A stretch of DNA of 64,000 bases from Candidatus Poribacteria bacterium (lineage in GTDB: Bacteria > Poribacteria > WGA-4E > WGA-3G). Below the pieces are notes generated by a model. That model ran no database searches and had not been told where the DNA came from. It saw only the letters and a program-made list of their open reading frames with translations. Each line of letters opens with the position of its first letter. Position 1 is the stretch's first letter. The DNA lies in the NCBI GenBank assembly GCA_965197475.1, contig CBDANF010000002.1, positions 992,001-1,056,000 on the forward strand, in the 5' to 3' direction. Positions 60,177 through 64,000 of this stretch are shown here, piece after piece. The translations under genes were made by a program, and so were the position numbers.

Positions 60177-61700
60177 TTAGTTTAGTGTATACAATTCGCC
60201 ATATTTTGTCCGTAAATAATCAATATAAGGTGCAATCGTCATAGGTTTTTCTGTTGTCCGTTCAATAAGTTCAGGGGCTGTATACTTCGACCCGTGCTGA
60301 TAAACATTGCTTTTCAACCAATCGTGTAAAGTGTTGAATTCACCTTTTTCAATTTCTGATAGAATTTCAGAGTGTGCTTCAAGAGCTGTTGAGAAGAATT
60401 GCGCTCCTAAAATATTGCCTAATGTATATCCTTGGAATGAACCACCGATTAATCCAAAATACCAATGGACATCTTGTAAGACACCATCTTTGTCATCCGG
60501 CGGAACGATGCCGAAATCGGTTTCAAATCTTTCACGCCAAGCGTTAGGTAAATCACGGATTTCCATTTCACCTTCCAGCAATGCTAACTCAAAATCAAAA
60601 CGCAACATTACGTGTAGATTATAGGTAACCTCATCTGCTTCAGTGCGGATAAGCGAACGTTCTACCTTATTAATCGCACGATGGAATGTATCAAGGGGCA
60701 CAGAACCAAGCTGCTCAGGAAAGATGTTTTGCAGCTGTGGATAGAAACATTTCCAGAATCCTTTGCTTCTACCGACAATATTTTCCCAGAGACGCGATTG
60801 GCTTTCATGCACACCAGCAGAGGTGCCGCGGGCAAGTGGTGTGCCTTCATATTCCATGCAGATCCCCTGTTCATAGAGCGCATGACCGGTTTCATGCATT
60901 GTGCAAAACAACGCTTCACCGAGGCTATCTTCTTTTGAACGGGTTGTTATCCGCACATCACCGAGTGAGAATTTTGTCATAAATGGATGGTGCGTTTTAT
61001 CTTGCCTTCCACGATTGAGGTCATAACCAAATTTCTTAGCGACCTCCATACCAAACGCCAACTGTTGTGCTTCTGGATAGTGTTTATGTAAACAGGAATC
61101 GTCAGCAAGGGTTTGAGATGTTATAGCAGAGGCGATAGGGACAAGTTCTTTGCGGAGTTCACCAAAGACATGACTAACATCCGCTGCTTTAATACCATAA
61201 TCTCTCGGTTCTATCAACGGATCTGCGATATGATCATATCCGGGGAAGAAATTAGCGCATTGACGGCTATATTCAAGCGTCTTTTCAAGGTAAGGACGCA
61301 CCCTCTCAAAATCATTCGCTGGACGTGCCTCTGTCCAAACTTGATACGATTCTGAGGTGTGGGTCGCTATCTCTGCCATGAATTTTGCGGGTATTTTAAT
61401 GGCACGTTCATACTTTCTGCGGGTGACGCGAAGCAAACTTGCTTCGTCAGAATCGTAGCCAAGGCATTCTCCATAAGGTGTTAGCACATCAAGTAGTTTT
61501 CCGATAGCAGGGTCAGTAAACTTTTCGTGTGCTAAACGGCTAAGTGTCGCAGTTTGGCGAGCACGTGCGGCAGCACCTCCTGGCGGCATATAGGTGGATT
61601 GATCCCAGTGCAGAAGTCCTGAAGCTGCCTGTATATCATTTACCTCAATTAGACGGGTTTTGAGTTCTTGAAATTTGGCTTGCAATGTAATTCTCCTCAA
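60177..61700 (-). CDS. carboxypeptidase M32 (Taq) family
   Basis: HPF, DVRITTR, HETGH, HESQS, IR..ADE and G.LQDVHW motifs. Confidence 0.93.
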   Translation of the reverse strand: MRRITLQAKFQELKTRLIEVNDIQAASGLLHWDQSTYMPPGGAAARARQTATLSRLAHEKFTDPAIGKLLDVLTPYGECLGYDSDEASLLRVTRRKYERAIKIPAKFMAEIATHTSESYQVWTEARPANDFERVRPYLEKTLEYSRQCANFFPGYDHIADPLIEPRDYGIKAADVSHVFGELRKELVPIASAITSQTLADDSCLHKHYPEAQQLAFGMEVAKKFGYDLNRGRQDKTHHPFMTKFSLGDVRITTRSKEDSLGEALFCTMHETGHALYEQGICMEYEGTPLARGTSAGVHESQSRLWENIVGRSKGFWKCFYPQLQNIFPEQLGSVPLDTFHRAINKVERSLIRTEADEVTYNLHVMLRFDFELALLEGEMEIRDLPNAWRERFETDFGIVPPDDKDGVLQDVHWYFGLIGGSFQGYTLGNILGAQFFSTALEAHSEILSEIEKGEFNTLHDWLKSNVYQHGSKYTAPELIERTTEKPMTIAPYIDYLRTKYGELYTLN

Positions 61701-61851
61701 AATAAGGCATAGAATAATATGCTTTTAACCTACATTTTATCATAATCTGATTAGGTATTCAAACCAAATTTAGAATTGAAGAGACATTAAGTTTCCAGTT
61801 ATGGAATTCGCTTATAGTAAAATGTGGCAGTGGAAAATCTGTTTTTTGGTA

Positions 61852-62355
61852 CTACTTACGCGTTCGGGAGGGTGTTAGGAACTGGATCGTGGCAAGCCGA
61901 AGGGGTATCCGCAGCTTCCCTTTTTTGAGTATCACCTGTTTCGGTTGGATATCGGCGACAACAGTGTCCTTACCAAGTTTTGTACCGATGGAAACAATAC
62001 GGATAGTTTCCCCTCCTGTAGTTTCTTGTAAAATAGCAGTTGCTTCAATTTCTTTACCTACCGGAATATGGGTGCCAATGAGGCGATAGATAGGTGTAGA
62101 CTTTTTCGGTTTCCATCCGAGGGGCGCGAAAAGATTATTTTCAATAATTGTCTGAAAGAAGAGTGCCTCATGGTCAACAGGTTTCGGTTTAAGGTGTGCG
62201 TACAGTTTTTCATTTTTCTTTACAGATTTTTTATGTTCAATTTTGGGTGCCACGTATACCTTTTTAGGAGTGTGCTTCTGAAATCGTCGCAGCGTGGCGT
62301 GTGCAAGTGCAAGGCAGCAGAGGAGTGCAGTACCAAAGATACAGACGCGTTTCAA
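61852..62355 (-). CDS. GspC/PilP-like (type II secretion C, N-terminal) protein
   Basis: N-terminal TM, NLF.PLG, Y.LIGT, then A....G..L..I.P..V.L pattern. Confidence 0.5.
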   Translation of the reverse strand: MKRVCIFGTALLCCLALAHATLRRFQKHTPKKVYVAPKIEHKKSVKKNEKLYAHLKPKPVDHEALFFQTIIENNLFAPLGWKPKKSTPIYRLIGTHIPVGKEIEATAILQETTGGETIRIVSIGTKLGKDTVVADIQPKQVILKKGKLRIPLRLATIQFLTPSRTRK

Positions 62356-64000
62356 AATGCGTATAATTCTTCTTTTTCTTTCTTTTTTGGGGATTTTGCA
62401 AGATATTTCGGATTCTCTTCTGTATCAGGAGGATAGTGAATCTCCCAGATTTTGACTTTAGCGGAGGTTTCCGTTCCCTCTTCTGGATAGACAGGAACGA
62501 ATGCCTCGCTATGTTCATCTCGAAAAAATAATTTGACAGCGAGACTATTCCAACTGCGCGGAGAGAGGTAATAAATGGCTTCCTGTTGTGTTTTTGAATC
62601 AAATAGGTGGAGGATACCACCATTCTCGTTGTTGGATTCTTCCGCGTGGACATCGGTTTCCGCATGATCGTCATGGGTATGTCCATTAGTTTTGCCAAAG
62701 TGCTTAATATATGGGAGTTTAGCTGTTTTTCCGTTTTTGAGACGTGTGACGACTGTAGCAGGATCGTGATGAAAGTCAATCTCAACAAAGTTGATAGGTG
62801 CATTTTTGTGTGCTGGTACCATGCGGTAGTGAGGGCTCCCAATGGGCGCACGAGGGATCAAAGGCACCATATAAAGCGGATGTTCGGGTTGTTCATCGGG
62901 GCCCATATTTTTTGATGCAATATACCGCACATCCTCTTCGGTGAGAAGCAGATGGGTCACGTGGTGTGTTTTAAGAAATTCAAGTGCTTCGTGTTCAGAT
63001 GCTGCAGCAGAAACATGTTCTTCATATAGGTCTATCCAGTGCACAATGAAATGATCGGGGTCAATGACGGTTTTGACACCGCCAAGAACGTTAAACATGT
63101 GACCATAACTCCAAGGTGCCGCAACGACTTTGCCTGCTGAAAGATGTTCACTAACCCATTGACATGCGTTTGCCATAGGAGTATCTTTGCCGGGGAATAC
63201 ATGCTCGGGTGCTATTTGCGTTTCGTATCCTCTTTTTGCAAGTCCTGGAAATGGTCTGTTACTGGGTAGTTCCCAAAAAAGAATGAGAGCAAGGCAGGCA
63301 CAAGTCATGCCAACCTTTGTCCATGCATGTGTTATGCTTTGCTTCCTTCCATTCCTCCCTTCTTCTTTTTCGTCTTTTTTTATCCTTGCTATGCGTTGGC
63401 TGAACCGTGTTGTGATGAATTGGATACTGATAGCTGCAAAGCAGGCGAGCGGTACCCCAATAAAGAAATCGTATCGCTGTGCATCGCGTGCAAGCCCAAG
63501 CCAGAGGAGCAGCCAAAAAGTAAAAGCGACGTAGGTGTGCTCATGCTGGACGGGCTCAGTGCGAAGCGCGGCTACACCCAACGCAGCAATCAACGTGAAC
63601 GCTACTGCACCGTAGAAAAGGTATTCGCAGATAACTGGTGACAGAATATGGTATAGATATTGTCTTAGAAAGGTTGCAGCGATGAACAGTGAAAGTGTGA
63701 AGGCGAGGATGAGTGCTTTCTTACTCCAAAGTCTAACACAGCCCACGATGAGACATAGACTGGCAATAAGCAGCACGTGCCCATAGCGACCGTACCAGAA
63801 GATATCATGCGGCGATTTTAGTTCGCCTACAGTTTCCATCACAGAGGCACCGCTGAAAGGCACAATGCTTTGCACGAATGTTTGACGCTTGAGTCCGAGG
63901 TAAGCGATGCCGATAAGGAGGCACATCGCGCAAAAAACAAGGGATATGGCACGCGCAGATATCTGTTCCTCTATAAACTTTGAAACTGAATGATGCCCGC
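62352..64000 (-). CDS. STT3/AglB/PglB oligosaccharyltransferase-like membrane protein (5' end probably beyond the window)
   Basis: TV.EL, multiple TM, RY.FF, VVAAPWSYG (WWDYG-like), EALEFLKTH.VTH motifs. Confidence 0.6.
   Translation of the reverse strand, partial: GHHSVSKFIEEQISARAISLVFCAMCLLIGIAYLGLKRQTFVQSIVPFSGASVMETVGELKSPHDIFWYGRYGHVLLIASLCLIVGCVRLWSKKALILAFTLSLFIAATFLRQYLYHILSPVICEYLFYGAVAFTLIAALGVAALRTEPVQHEHTYVAFTFWLLLWLGLARDAQRYDFFIGVPLACFAAISIQFITTRFSQRIARIKKDEKEEGRNGRKQSITHAWTKVGMTCACLALILFWELPSNRPFPGLAKRGYETQIAPEHVFPGKDTPMANACQWVSEHLSAGKVVAAPWSYGHMFNVLGGVKTVIDPDHFIVHWIDLYEEHVSAAASEHEALEFLKTHHVTHLLLTEEDVRYIASKNMGPDEQPEHPLYMVPLIPRAPIGSPHYRMVPAHKNAPINFVEIDFHHDPATVVTRLKNGKTAKLPYIKHFGKTNGHTHDDHAETDVHAEESNNENGGILHLFDSKTQQEAIYYLSPRSWNSLAVKLFFRDEHSEAFVPVYPEEGTETSAKVKIWEIHYPPDTEENPKYLAKSPKKKEKEELYAF

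Overview
A ~42% GC bacterial chromosomal window. The protein families (GLPEG..RLGKG WD40 proteins, DUF1080, GH2, FGE-sulfatase, STT3-like protein) suggest Candidatus Poribacteria or a similar sponge symbiont; this is inferred, not database-checked. The flanks hold housekeeping and metabolic genes: a doubled nfeD-floA microdomain operon, peptidoglycan recycling genes, hisI-trpE-trpG, mutY, a MoxR/MocA cluster and an M32 peptidase. The central accessory region (~29-50 kb) has integrase, methyltransferase and IS remnants. It also holds the main finding, an AT-rich 8-gene minus-strand operon at 35857-47383. This operon encodes a vWA/MIDAS lipoprotein, a 4-TM protein, a divergent tubulin/FtsZ GTPase, a 1000-aa actin/Hsp70-fold ATPase, a coiled-coil membrane protein, a ZorA/ZorB-like stator pair and a transglutaminase-like protein, with no ZorC/D/E. 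Next to it lies an orphan phage terminase pair behind tandem terminators. An unannotated W-H-W-W leader-peptide attenuator precedes hisI-trpEG. There are also several MITE/REP families, orphan gene 3' ends and a frameshifted 14-repeat WD40 gene. No rRNA, tRNA or CRISPR array was seen. All calls come from reading motifs by eye; no searches were run.
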